Origin: an uncultured candidatus Brocadiaceae bacterium
GTDB taxonomy: Bacteria; Planctomycetota; Brocadiia; SM23-32
DNA: 35,610 bases
Assembly: GCA_964534775.1 (NCBI GenBank)
Contig: CAZHPE010000005.1
Span: 1 to 35,610 of the forward strand
Direction of reading: 5' to 3'
The notes under the pieces: model-generated
The model's database searches: none
Told to the model about the DNA's origin: nothing
Seen by the model: only the letters and a program-made list of their open reading frames with translations
Made by a program: the position numbers and the translations under genes
In this document: in pieces, positions 25,593 through 33,896 of the stretch
How positions within the stretch are numbered: the first letter of the stretch is position 1
Layout: every line of letters begins with the position of its first letter

Positions 25593-26624
25593 TCAGCGCT
25601 GCACCCGGCCCGAGCCGCCGCTCTTTAGCAGCGTTTCCACCTCATCGACCGTCGCGTGGTTCACGTCGCCTGTCATGGTGTGCTTTAGGCAACTGGCGGC
25701 GGCGGCGAAATCCAGCGCGGCCTGATCCGTCCGGCCCTCGCGCAGACAGCGGATGAGGCCTGCCGCAAAGCTGTCCCCGGAGCCGACCCGGTCGACGAAG
25801 TGCGTCACGTCGTAAACTCTTGTGGTGTAAAGCGTCTCTCCGTCAAAGAGAACACCGCTCCAGGTGTGGTGCGAGGCGCTCAGGCTCCCGCGCAGCGTGA
25901 TGGCCACCCTCTTGAACCCCGGGAACCGTTCCATGAGCTTCTCGGCCACGTAACGGTAGTCCTCAGCCTCCACCCGGCCCGCTTCCACATTCGCATGGGG
26001 TGCCCTGATGCCTAAGACCTTGTCGGCGTCCTCCTCGTTTCCGATGACCATCTGGACGTACTCGACCAGGCCGGACATGACTTCGCCCGCCTTCTTTCCC
26101 CATTTCCACAGCTTGCTGCGGAAGTTCAGGTCGCAGGAGATTGTCAGGCCCTTTTCCGTCGCCCTTTGCGCGCCCTCCAGGCACAGGGCCGCCGCACTCT
26201 CGCTGATTGCGGGCGTGATGCCGGTCCAATGGAACCAGTCCGCGTCCTCGAAGGCGGCGTCCCAGTCGATGTCGCCGGGCCCGGCCTCGGCGATGCACGA
26301 GCGGGCCCGGTCGTAGATGACCTTGCTCGGCCTCTGGACGGCGCCCGTCTCCACGAAATATATCCCTATCCGCCCGTCCTTCCGGACGATGTGGCCGGTG
26401 TCCACGCCAAAGGAGCGAAGCTGGCGGACGCAGGCGTCCCCGATGGGGTTGTTGGGAAGCACCGTCACGTAGCGGGCTTCGACGCCGAAGTGGCCCAGGC
26501 TCTGGGCTACATTGGCCTCGGCGCCGCCGAAGGTGGCCTCGTACGCAGCGGCCTGCGTATGGCGCTGAAAGCCCGGCGTTGTCAGCCGCAGCATGATCTC
26601 GCCAAAAGTCACAACTTTTGCCAT
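25593..26624 (-). CDS. kdgK: 2-dehydro-3-deoxygluconokinase (PfkB family)
   Basis: 'VTFGEIMLRL', 'FGGAEANVA' and 'DRVGSGDSFAAG'. 343 aa, with GGAGG 10 nt upstream of the ATG. Confidence 0.85.
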   Translation of the reverse strand: MAKVVTFGEIMLRLTTPGFQRHTQAAAYEATFGGAEANVAQSLGHFGVEARYVTVLPNNPIGDACVRQLRSFGVDTGHIVRKDGRIGIYFVETGAVQRPSKVIYDRARSCIAEAGPGDIDWDAAFEDADWFHWTGITPAISESAAALCLEGAQRATEKGLTISCDLNFRSKLWKWGKKAGEVMSGLVEYVQMVIGNEEDADKVLGIRAPHANVEAGRVEAEDYRYVAEKLMERFPGFKRVAITLRGSLSASHHTWSGVLFDGETLYTTRVYDVTHFVDRVGSGDSFAAGLIRCLREGRTDQAALDFAAAASCLKHTMTGDVNHATVDEVETLLKSGGSGRVQR

Positions 26625-26681
26625 TGCCTCACATCCTCCGTGCCCAACACGTTGTTGCCTACGGTACCCGCCGCCTGCGCG

Positions 26682-28040
26682 CTACTGGCAGATGATGCCG
26701 GCGAACTCATCCGGCCCGCCTCCGGTGCCGGTCCGGGTGCAGCGCTCCATCACGCCCTCGCCCGGGTAGGGCTCCGCACCGATCCGGCGGAAGAACTCGT
26801 TCTTGGCGGCCGCATCGGAGCCGAAATGCTCCTCGGCCCACTCGCCCACGTAACCCACACCCGCCGTCATCATCAGCAGTGTGTGGCCCCAGGCGATGTG
26901 TGCGCCCCGCCGGAACTCATCGAAATGCGGCGCAACGGCCTCCGCGCCGAAATCATCCACGAACTTGTTGCCGTGCTTGTTCATCTCCGTGCCCACGACG
27001 ATGGGCATCTCCAAGCTGCAAGCCGCCTCGACGGCCGCGCGCAGGTTGGCCACCTTCACGGCCCGCTCCTTCTCCGGCACGTTCCAGTTGCGGTCGGGGG
27101 CCATCATCACGCAGACGCAGCCCTTCTCGCGCAGGAAGGTGAAGAGTTCCACGGGGTCCGCCTCGCCGCCGCTGGTGCCGTCGAGCCAGCCCGCGCTCGG
27201 CATGGCGCCGCACTCCAGCGTCATGGCCACCACCTGCTCGATCGCCGGGAAGACCCCCGCGTCGGGCTGCGCGTAGCCCACGCCGCCGTGTTTCATCAGT
27301 CTGGCGCGCATCAGGTCCTTCAGAGACGGCACATCGTCCAGCAGGCGCCTGATCTCGGCCGGGTCCGCGTTCAACTTCTCGCTCCAGAACGCCGCCAGCG
27401 CATCTTCGTCCGGCAGCACCTCGCGCGCGCAGGCCTCGTACGCCGTCAGCATGTGGCGCTCGGTGCCGTTGCCGGCCGCGGTCAGGGGCAGCACGTCACG
27501 CTCGTAGTCCACCGCAACCGGCGCGAGATGGGCGTTCACCTTGCCCAGCATCCTCAAGTTGCGCGCGCGCGCCCGGGCGCCCATGTCGCCCAGCGTTTCG
27601 GCCGCCTGGGTGCCGGCTGGCGGAGAATCCGTAAAACCAGTGCCGATCAGGTAGGAGACGCCGGGCTCCTTTGGCGAGTTGGTCACCCGGTCGGCATATT
27701 CGCTTATGAAGACTCGCGTTTCAATGCCTGCAGTGGTCTTCAGCCCGAGCAGCCGTCCCGCTGCCAGGAACTCCCGGGTGGCGTCGAGGCAGTCGAAGTC
27801 CACCACGCCGCCCGCCTCCAGGCCGCGCCGATAGGCCTCCCACGCGAACCGTGAGGGGGAGTAGCCGTAGGCGTTGAAGGAGAAGAACGTATGGCAGTGC
27901 AAGTTTACTGCGCCGGTAGGCTCGGCCACGGCCACCTGCTCGCTGCGGGCCATCTCGACGAGGCGTTCGAGGGCGGCACGACGCTCCCCGGGGTCGAAGC
28001 TGTCGAGTTCGGCGGTGAGTTGTTCGACTCTATTTGCCAT
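26682..28040 (-). CDS. PHP-domain metal-dependent phosphoesterase-like protein, function unknown
   Basis: 'VNLHCHTFFS' matches the PHP motif I pattern (DLHxHTxxS). 452-aa intact ORF with normal composition. Confidence 0.6.
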   Translation of the reverse strand: MANRVEQLTAELDSFDPGERRAALERLVEMARSEQVAVAEPTGAVNLHCHTFFSFNAYGYSPSRFAWEAYRRGLEAGGVVDFDCLDATREFLAAGRLLGLKTTAGIETRVFISEYADRVTNSPKEPGVSYLIGTGFTDSPPAGTQAAETLGDMGARARARNLRMLGKVNAHLAPVAVDYERDVLPLTAAGNGTERHMLTAYEACAREVLPDEDALAAFWSEKLNADPAEIRRLLDDVPSLKDLMRARLMKHGGVGYAQPDAGVFPAIEQVVAMTLECGAMPSAGWLDGTSGGEADPVELFTFLREKGCVCVMMAPDRNWNVPEKERAVKVANLRAAVEAACSLEMPIVVGTEMNKHGNKFVDDFGAEAVAPHFDEFRRGAHIAWGHTLLMMTAGVGYVGEWAEEHFGSDAAAKNEFFRRIGAEPYPGEGVMERCTRTGTGGGPDEFAGIICQ

Positions 28041-28247
28041 TGTGCAGCGCTTAGAGAGAGGCTGAAGTCAGGCAGGAAAGCAGCGGCTCAATGGTGGCAC
28101 ACGGGCACTGAGTGTACACGTGAACCGCCTTGCGGTCAAGTGAAACGGCGCCCGCCCGCTGCACCAGGCTATTCCGTCAGCCCGTGGGACCCTACTCCTG
28201 CGGCGAGGCCCCCCGTGCTCAGCTTCATCGGCGTCATCTCGCCCCAC

Positions 28248-28495
28248 GCCGATGTCGGCGATCCTGCCCAGGTACTCCGGCAGGTCCACCCCGGCCATGG
28301 CAGCCACGTCGTGCGGTGGCGGGAGGCTCCGGATGAGGCTGGAAACGAACCCGGCCGTCGAAGAGCGCCCTCCCCGCCGCCAGAGTCCCAGACCGTCACC
28401 TTGTCGATCTTGAGATTCTTGATCGCCTCGACCTGCTTCGCGACGATGCCCTCGGTCTTCTCGACCATAAGGAGCGTCGCGGCGGACTTGCCCCC
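28248..28495 (-). pseudogene. Relic of a flotillin (SPFH family) C-terminus, truncated and frameshifted
   Basis: Frame A (28367-28495): 'GGKSAATLLMVEKTEGIVAKQVEAIKNLKIDKVTVWDSGGGEG'. Frame B (28248-28361): 'TAGFVSSLIRSLPPPHDVAAMAGVDLPEYLGRIADIG'. Together they resemble the last ~85 aa of bacterial flotillins. No SPFH core lies upstream. Confidence 0.5.
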
Positions 28496-28744
28496 TCTCG
28501 AACCGCTCTTTACCTGCGTACTGCAGGCTCCTATTGTAAATAAAAAAGAGCCGTCTGCAAGGGGCAAATCGCGTTCGTCCGAGCTTTTTTCGAGGTTCAG
28601 GTCTCGGCGGTTCCACCGGGTAGAATACGCCCCGCTTGTGGGCGCCCACAAGGGAGGCGCGAGGGTCCGGCGCGCGGGATGGGTCGCTCGCCGCCGAGGG
28701 GCCTCACTGGGGGAAGGATGGCCCAGAACCGGCGAATCTTTTTC

Positions 28745-28773
28745 TTGCAAAATCGCAATCGGAAGTGTATACT
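28745..28773 (+). promoter_or_regulatory. Sigma70-like promoter candidate: TTGCAA-N17-TATACT
   Basis: Read directly, with a 17-nt spacer. The only downstream plus-strand gene is cspA at 29135, implying a ~355-nt leader. Confidence 0.4.
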
Positions 28774-29134
28774 ACCCTGTTAGATGTGCTCTGGGGCGTC
28801 CCGTGGGGAGGGGCGTCTCTACGGCTCTGCGGAGCGGTATACGGCAGTGCGGCGGTGTAGTGGTTATGTCAGACCGGGCGCAGACGTTCCCGGATAGTGG
28901 TTTTCGCAGTCGGTCAGGCGCGTATGCAGGTTTCTTTTCCGGCCTTGGGTTCCCTCGCCTGTGGGGTCGAAATCACACCTCGCCGTGCTCATTGTCCGCC
29001 TCGGCCAACCATTCGTTCCCGCCCACCGCTGAGCATAGCCAGAAATGGAGCACATCGTGGAGAAGCGGAGCTTTCAGACGCGCGATGGTGCGTCAGCCCG
29101 CAGCAAGGAAGGATTGTTTTTCAGAGGTTTTGCA

Positions 29135-29344
29135 ATGGCTAGAGGCATCGTTAAATGGTTCAGTGATACGAAGGGTTTTGGGTTCGTTGCGCCCGACGAC
29201 GGGACCAAAGACGTTTTCGTCCATTACACCGGCATCGGTGGCGGAGGCTTCAAGAGCTTGGCCGAAAACGATGTGGTCGACTTCGAGATCGAGGACGGCC
29301 CCAAGGGTCCCCGGGCCGTCAACGTAATGAAGATCCAGGCTTAG
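29135..29344 (+). CDS. cspA: Cold-shock protein (CSD, CspA family)
   Basis: '[12 protein letters not shown]' (RNP1) and 'DVFVHYT' (RNP2). 69 aa, with AGAGG 7 nt upstream. The longer ORF from 29045 is not CSD-like. Confidence 0.93.
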   Translation: MARGIVKWFSDTKGFGFVAPDDGTKDVFVHYTGIGGGGFKSLAENDVVDFEIEDGPKGPRAVNVMKIQA

Positions 29345-29367
29345 GGCAGACTCCGAAGGGCAAGCAT

Positions 29368-29408
29368 AACCGCCGCCGTTTGGAGGGAAACGGCGGCGGT
29401 TTCATTTT
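29368..29408 (+). terminator. Rho-independent terminator of cspA
   Basis: A perfect 14-bp stem, AACCGCCGCCGTTT / AAACGGCGGCGGTT, with loop GGAGGG, followed by TCATTTTGT. Confidence 0.85.
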
Positions 29409-29621
29409 GTCTGCGCGGCCTTCGCCGGCGAGATCGTGTCCGGCACGCCAGTTCCGCAGTTCCTTCCCCTTGACGCCAGCTTCCGGCTGTCCGGCAGAAC
29501 CATTTCCGGCGCCTCCAGATCTCGCCTTGCATTCTCGCCCTTTCGCACTCATACTACGCATCTGGGAGGAACCGGAAGCCCGGGTGCCGCATAGTGCTTG
29601 CAAGGAGGGGAGAGGGGGGTC

Positions 29622-30055
29622 ATGAGGAAGGCGTTCACTGTCGTCGAGCTGTTGGTGGTTATGGCCGTCATCGGGGTCTTGGCCGGCATGCTAACAATGG
29701 CCGGTGCGGGGCGGGCAGGGAGAAACGGAAGGCTGCCTACGTCGACCATGCCGATGATGACACGCTGAGGCCCGAGATCAAGAAGCTGGACTACACTCAG
29801 GATGACCTGGTTCCCGGGGGGGGGCCGACGCTGGGCGTGTTGTCCTCGCCGACCACATCGCAGATGGTGCCAACCACCCTAAAGGGTCCAAACGTTCTGT
29901 TCGAGGACGCCCACGTGAAGCGCACCCTGGGGAATGCGCCGGACGGTTGTCACCCGGATTATTCTCAGCAGGACCCTCACGCTTACACCTACGACGACGG
30001 AGGACTGGACGACGCGAGCATCGAGGAAGACGGTTGGGATGGAAAGGGGGAGTAA
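29622..30055 (+). pseudogene. Prepilin-type N-terminal cleavage/methylation-domain protein (pseudopilin-like, degenerate H-X9-DG-type C-terminus) interrupted by a frameshift
   Basis: ATG 29622 gives 'MRKAFTVVELLVVMAVIGVLAGML', the classic type IV prepilin leader plus hydrophobic helix, but this frame stops at 29766-29768. The -1 frame continues with 'AGREKRKAAYV...KGPNVLFEDAHVKRT...' to 30055. The frame switch must fall in the G-rich run at 29706-29720. Confidence 0.65.
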
Positions 30056-30058
30056 AGG

Positions 30059-30856
30059 ATGCGAAGCCTCAAGCAGATGCTGAAGGAGCAGGATCTGGTT
30101 GTCGGCCCCATGGTCAACCAAGTCTGCGCGCCGTGGGTGGCCAAGGTGTATGCCGACGCGGGGGCGGACTTCGTCTACGTGGAGAACGAGCATGCGTTCT
30201 TCAACGAGGCTGAGCTGGCCAATTTCATCCTCGCCTGCCGGCTCTGCGGGCTCCCGGTGGTGGCGAAATGCACCTACGTCGACCGTGGCTCCGTCTGCAA
30301 GCTGCTCGACGCGGGTGTGACCGGGATGCAGCTGCCCATGTCCGAGTCAGCCGAACAGTTGACCAAGCTCGTCAGCTACACCAAGTATCCGCCGGACGGG
30401 GTTCGTGCGGCCTCACCTGGAATGGGCAATACCGACTATGAGCCGGTCGATCTGAGGACATACCTGAAGACGGCCAACGAGGAAACGATGGTTCTGGCCC
30501 ATATTGAGAGCGTCACGGGCCTGGACCGCGTCGATGCCATTCTTGAGGTCCCTGGGGTCGACATGATGTTCATCGGCACCTTCGACCTGAGCGTAAGCTT
30601 GGGCCGGCCCGCACGCTACGATCACCCGAATGTCGTGAAGGCCATAGATCGCCTGCTCGGCGCCGCCAAGGAACACGGCAAGGTCGCCGGGATGTATGCG
30701 GCCTCCTACGAGGTCGCCAAGCCGTGGATCAAGGCGGGCGTGCGCTTCTTCGAGGCGGCCGGCGACGTGGGGTTCATCGCGAAAGGTGCGGCCGAGTTGA
30801 TGGGCGCATTCCCCGGGCACGGCCCGAGGATAGACGTGGGCGACGGGCATGTATGA
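30059..30856 (+). CDS. HpcH/HpaI-family (class II) 2-keto-3-deoxy-acid aldolase
   Basis: 265 aa. 'DFVYVENEHA', 'AHIESVTGL' and 'DMMFIGTFDLSVSLG' fit the HpcH/HpaI aldolase pattern. Confidence 0.75.
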   Translation: MRSLKQMLKEQDLVVGPMVNQVCAPWVAKVYADAGADFVYVENEHAFFNEAELANFILACRLCGLPVVAKCTYVDRGSVCKLLDAGVTGMQLPMSESAEQLTKLVSYTKYPPDGVRAASPGMGNTDYEPVDLRTYLKTANEETMVLAHIESVTGLDRVDAILEVPGVDMMFIGTFDLSVSLGRPARYDHPNVVKAIDRLLGAAKEHGKVAGMYAASYEVAKPWIKAGVRFFEAAGDVGFIAKGAAELMGAFPGHGPRIDVGDGHV

Positions 30857-30896
30857 CCGCGGGCCGGGCCGCGGATGCGTCGCGTTGCAGTGCGAC
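30857..30896. terminator. Two short GC hairpins in the 41-nt spacer between convergent genes (possible bidirectional terminator, no U-tract)
   Basis: CCGCGG-GCCGGG-CCGCGG (30857-30874) and GTCGC-N8-GCGAC (30879-30896), read directly. Confidence 0.25.
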
Positions 30897-30897
30897 A

Positions 30898-32706
30898 TCA
30901 GTTGCGGAAGAAGAACCTGAGCACGTCGTTGCGGATCGCATAGGCCATGACGGCGACCAGCAGGCACAGCCCCGCGTACTGAGTGATCAGCATCACGCGT
31001 TCACTCACTGGCCGCCCGCGCATCTTCTCCATGGCCACAAAGGCCAGGTGGCCGCCGTCCAGCACGGGAATGGGCAGTATGTTGACCACCGCGATTACGG
31101 TGCTGAGCATGGCGGCCCAGTAGATGAGCTTGCCGGGGCCGTATTTGGCCGCCCGATAGGTTGCCACCGCAATCGTCCCTATGCTGCCGACATTCCTGGG
31201 GCTCACCTGACCTTTGCCGATGCTGCGCAGCATCACGAAGACCCCTTTGACCTCGCCCACGGTTTTCCTCAGGCCCACGCCCACGCTCTTGGCGATGCTG
31301 TAGCGCCGGGTTCGCATCTTGGGACGGGTGAAAGCGAGCCCCAGATTGAGTCCGCTTCCGTCGATCATCGTACGCGGCATGACACTCTTGGCGAACGTCT
31401 TGCCCCCGCGGAGCCACCGAACGGTGCATGCCGCTGACCCGTTACGGCCGTTTTCCCGGAGGACATCCTCCCAGCTTTCGACCTCTTCATCGTTGATCGC
31501 CACGATCACATCCCCCGGCCTCATTCCGGCCTCCCAGGCAGCTCCTTCCGGATTGACCCATGCGAGCTTGTTACTGGACTCGAACTTGACGCTGAACAGC
31601 AGTTTCCCCACCGCCTGCTCATCGGGCACCTCACCCTCGAGGATGCGCTCGCCCCCGTCCCGTTCGACCGTCATCGTCAAGCGTCCGTCGCGGTCTCTAA
31701 TGGCTTCATCCAGATCAATGGCGCTGCCGACCGGCGTCTCGCCCACGCGCACGATCCGATCCCCCTTCTGCAACCCCATCCGTTCGGCCGGGCCATCGTT
31801 CTGAACGGCCTCGATGATGCTGCTGTCGCCGGATATCCCGATGAGGTGGCGACGCCTCGGCTCCGCGTGCACGGCGAACGTGCGCTCCCCGTCCTTGCGT
31901 TTGACCGTCAACTCGACATCCCGGTCCTTCACCTTCCCGAGAATCCCGATTATCTGCTGGGCGGACGCCACCCGCCTTCCGTCGACGGCGATGACGCGGT
32001 CGTTGAGCCTCAAGCCGGCCGCCCGTGCCGGCCAGCGCTTCTCATCTTCGCCCACTTCGGAGAACTGCGTGATAACGGGCTCAATGGGCATAAAGAACCC
32101 AAGGCTCCGCAGGCCCCGGTGCTTCTCGTATTCGGTCTCGATCGTGAAGGGGACTTCTTGCCCGTCCCGCTCCACAACGACGTAAAAGTTCTCCTTGCCC
32201 CCCAGTGCAACAGTACGCAAGACGTCGTCGAAGTCCGGGGCCCTGAGATCGTCGAGTTGAACGATCCGATCGCCAACCCGCAAGCCGGCTTTCCACGCAG
32301 GCAAACCCTTTTCCAGAACGCCGATTTCTGCCACCTCGGACGGAACCCCGATTGTGAACGCGATGATGAACGCCACCAGGGCGAAAACCATGTTGGCGCA
32401 CACCCCTGCGGCGAAGACCAACGCCCTCTGGCCCGGCGTCTTGGACGAGAACTCGTCCGGCGCCCCGCTGCCCTCGCCGACGAGCTCGCCCGCCATCTTG
32501 ATGTAGCCGCCGAAGGGCACCAGCGAGAGCCGATACTCGGTGTCGCCCCTGCGAAAGGCGACGATCTTCTTCCAGAACCCGATGGAGAACACTTCCACAC
32601 GCACGCCCACGGCCCTGGCCATGAGGAAATGGCCTAACTCGTGCACGATTATCACCACGCTGACCGCGGCGACGGCGAGCAGAATGTACAAGATCATGGC
32701 AAGCAT
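30898..32706 (-). CDS. rseP: RseP-type site-2 protease (M50) with four PDZ-like domains
   Basis: N-terminal 'HELGHF' (HExxH) and C-terminal 'NILPIPVLDGGH'. Four PDZ-like segments, each with a 'GL+xGDxI' motif (GLRVGDRIV, GLRLNDRVI, GLQKGDRIV, GMRPGDVIV). Confidence 0.9.
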   Translation of the reverse strand: MLAMILYILLAVAAVSVVIIVHELGHFLMARAVGVRVEVFSIGFWKKIVAFRRGDTEYRLSLVPFGGYIKMAGELVGEGSGAPDEFSSKTPGQRALVFAAGVCANMVFALVAFIIAFTIGVPSEVAEIGVLEKGLPAWKAGLRVGDRIVQLDDLRAPDFDDVLRTVALGGKENFYVVVERDGQEVPFTIETEYEKHRGLRSLGFFMPIEPVITQFSEVGEDEKRWPARAAGLRLNDRVIAVDGRRVASAQQIIGILGKVKDRDVELTVKRKDGERTFAVHAEPRRRHLIGISGDSSIIEAVQNDGPAERMGLQKGDRIVRVGETPVGSAIDLDEAIRDRDGRLTMTVERDGGERILEGEVPDEQAVGKLLFSVKFESSNKLAWVNPEGAAWEAGMRPGDVIVAINDEEVESWEDVLRENGRNGSAACTVRWLRGGKTFAKSVMPRTMIDGSGLNLGLAFTRPKMRTRRYSIAKSVGVGLRKTVGEVKGVFVMLRSIGKGQVSPRNVGSIGTIAVATYRAAKYGPGKLIYWAAMLSTVIAVVNILPIPVLDGGHLAFVAMEKMRGRPVSERVMLITQYAGLCLLVAVMAYAIRNDVLRFFFRN

Positions 32707-33854
32707 CTATGCGCCTCCTCCCGAGCCCACTGATCGGCTCGGCTCAATTGCTGTGCGTCGGGGTTATCGCCGACCGTATGATGCCGAAGAACATCCCGCA
32801 CGAGGGGGACAATCTGCGTGAAGGGAATGCACCGGTCCAGGAACGCCTGCACTACCACCTCGTTGGCGGCGTTCAGAACGGCCCCGCTTGTGCCGCCTTG
32901 GCGCACCACCTCAAAGCCCAGTTCCAGCGCGCTGTGAGTGTCCGGGTCCGGGCGACTGAAGTCCAGCTTCTTGATTCTCCCCAGGTCAAGCCGCTCGACC
33001 GGGCCCGCGATCCGGTCGGGATAGGTCAGGGCGAACTGGATCGGCAGCTTCATGTCCGTCACGCCGAGCTGCGCGATGAGCGAGCCGTCAACGAACTCCA
33101 CGAACGAATGGACTATGGACTGGGGATGAATGACTACCTCTATGTTATCCGCATCGAGGTCGAATAGCCAGCGCGCGGCTATGATCTCGAAGGCCTTGTT
33201 CATGAGGGTGGCGCAGTCGATGGTTATCTTCTTGCCCATGCTCCACGTGGGATGGTTGAGGGCCTGCTCGGGGGTCACGTCGTGGAGCTGCTCCGGCGAC
33301 ATGCCCCGAAACGCCCCGCCGCTGGCCGTGATGATGACGCGGGCGACCTCCGACCGGCGGCCGCTGCGCATGGCCTGCAGGATGGCGCTGTGCTCGCTGT
33401 CTACGGGCACGATCATGCCGCCATGAGACCCCGCCAGCCCCACCAGCAGGTGCCCGCCCGCCACGAGCGATTCTTTGTTCGCCAGCGCCAGCACGCTGCC
33501 GCGTTCCAGCGCGGCGACTGCGCTCGGAAAACCGGCCCAGCCGGAGATGGCGTTCACCACCACGTCCGCCTCCGCCATGGCCGCCAGCGCGGCCGCGCCC
33601 TGCGGCCCGTAGCGGAGCTGCACCGGCATCGCCCCCAGCGTATCCTCGAACTGCCGTCGCGAATTTTCGTCCGCAAGCGCCGCCGCCGCCGGCTTGAATG
33701 CCTTGATCTGTTCGGCCAGTCTCCCCCAGCGCGATGCGGCGCTGAGTGCGAGCACTTCGAAGCGCTCCGGCAGGCTGCGCGCGACGGCCAGGACGTTCTC
33801 GCCTATCGAGCCCGTGCTGCCAAGAACCACAAGTTTTCTTTTCTGTACGGTCAC
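32694..33854 (-). CDS. dxr: 1-deoxy-D-xylulose-5-phosphate reductoisomerase
   Basis: 'VLGSTGSIG', 'NKESLV', 'DSEHSAI' and 'HPTWSMGKKITIDCATLMNK'. GTG start. Overlaps rseP by 13 nt. Confidence 0.95.
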   Translation of the reverse strand: MTVQKRKLVVLGSTGSIGENVLAVARSLPERFEVLALSAASRWGRLAEQIKAFKPAAAALADENSRRQFEDTLGAMPVQLRYGPQGAAALAAMAEADVVVNAISGWAGFPSAVAALERGSVLALANKESLVAGGHLLVGLAGSHGGMIVPVDSEHSAILQAMRSGRRSEVARVIITASGGAFRGMSPEQLHDVTPEQALNHPTWSMGKKITIDCATLMNKAFEIIAARWLFDLDADNIEVVIHPQSIVHSFVEFVDGSLIAQLGVTDMKLPIQFALTYPDRIAGPVERLDLGRIKKLDFSRPDPDTHSALELGFEVVRQGGTSGAVLNAANEVVVQAFLDRCIPFTQIVPLVRDVLRHHTVGDNPDAQQLSRADQWAREEAHRCLP

Positions 33855-33896
33855 GATTGCCTTCCGTCTCGCGGCCGGCGCGCAGCGCGTCGGCGC

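Noticed and set aside
28961-28980. tRNA T-loop-like 'GGGGTCGAAATC' in the cspA leader region.
   Set aside because: No complementary T-stem, acceptor stem or anticodon arm could be drawn around it. No tmRNA or RNase P signature sequences are nearby.
29045-29134. 30-codon extension upstream of cspA ([10 protein letters not shown]...).
   Set aside because: Cold-shock domains start at 'M..G.VKWF'. An AGAGG SD sits just before ATG 29135.
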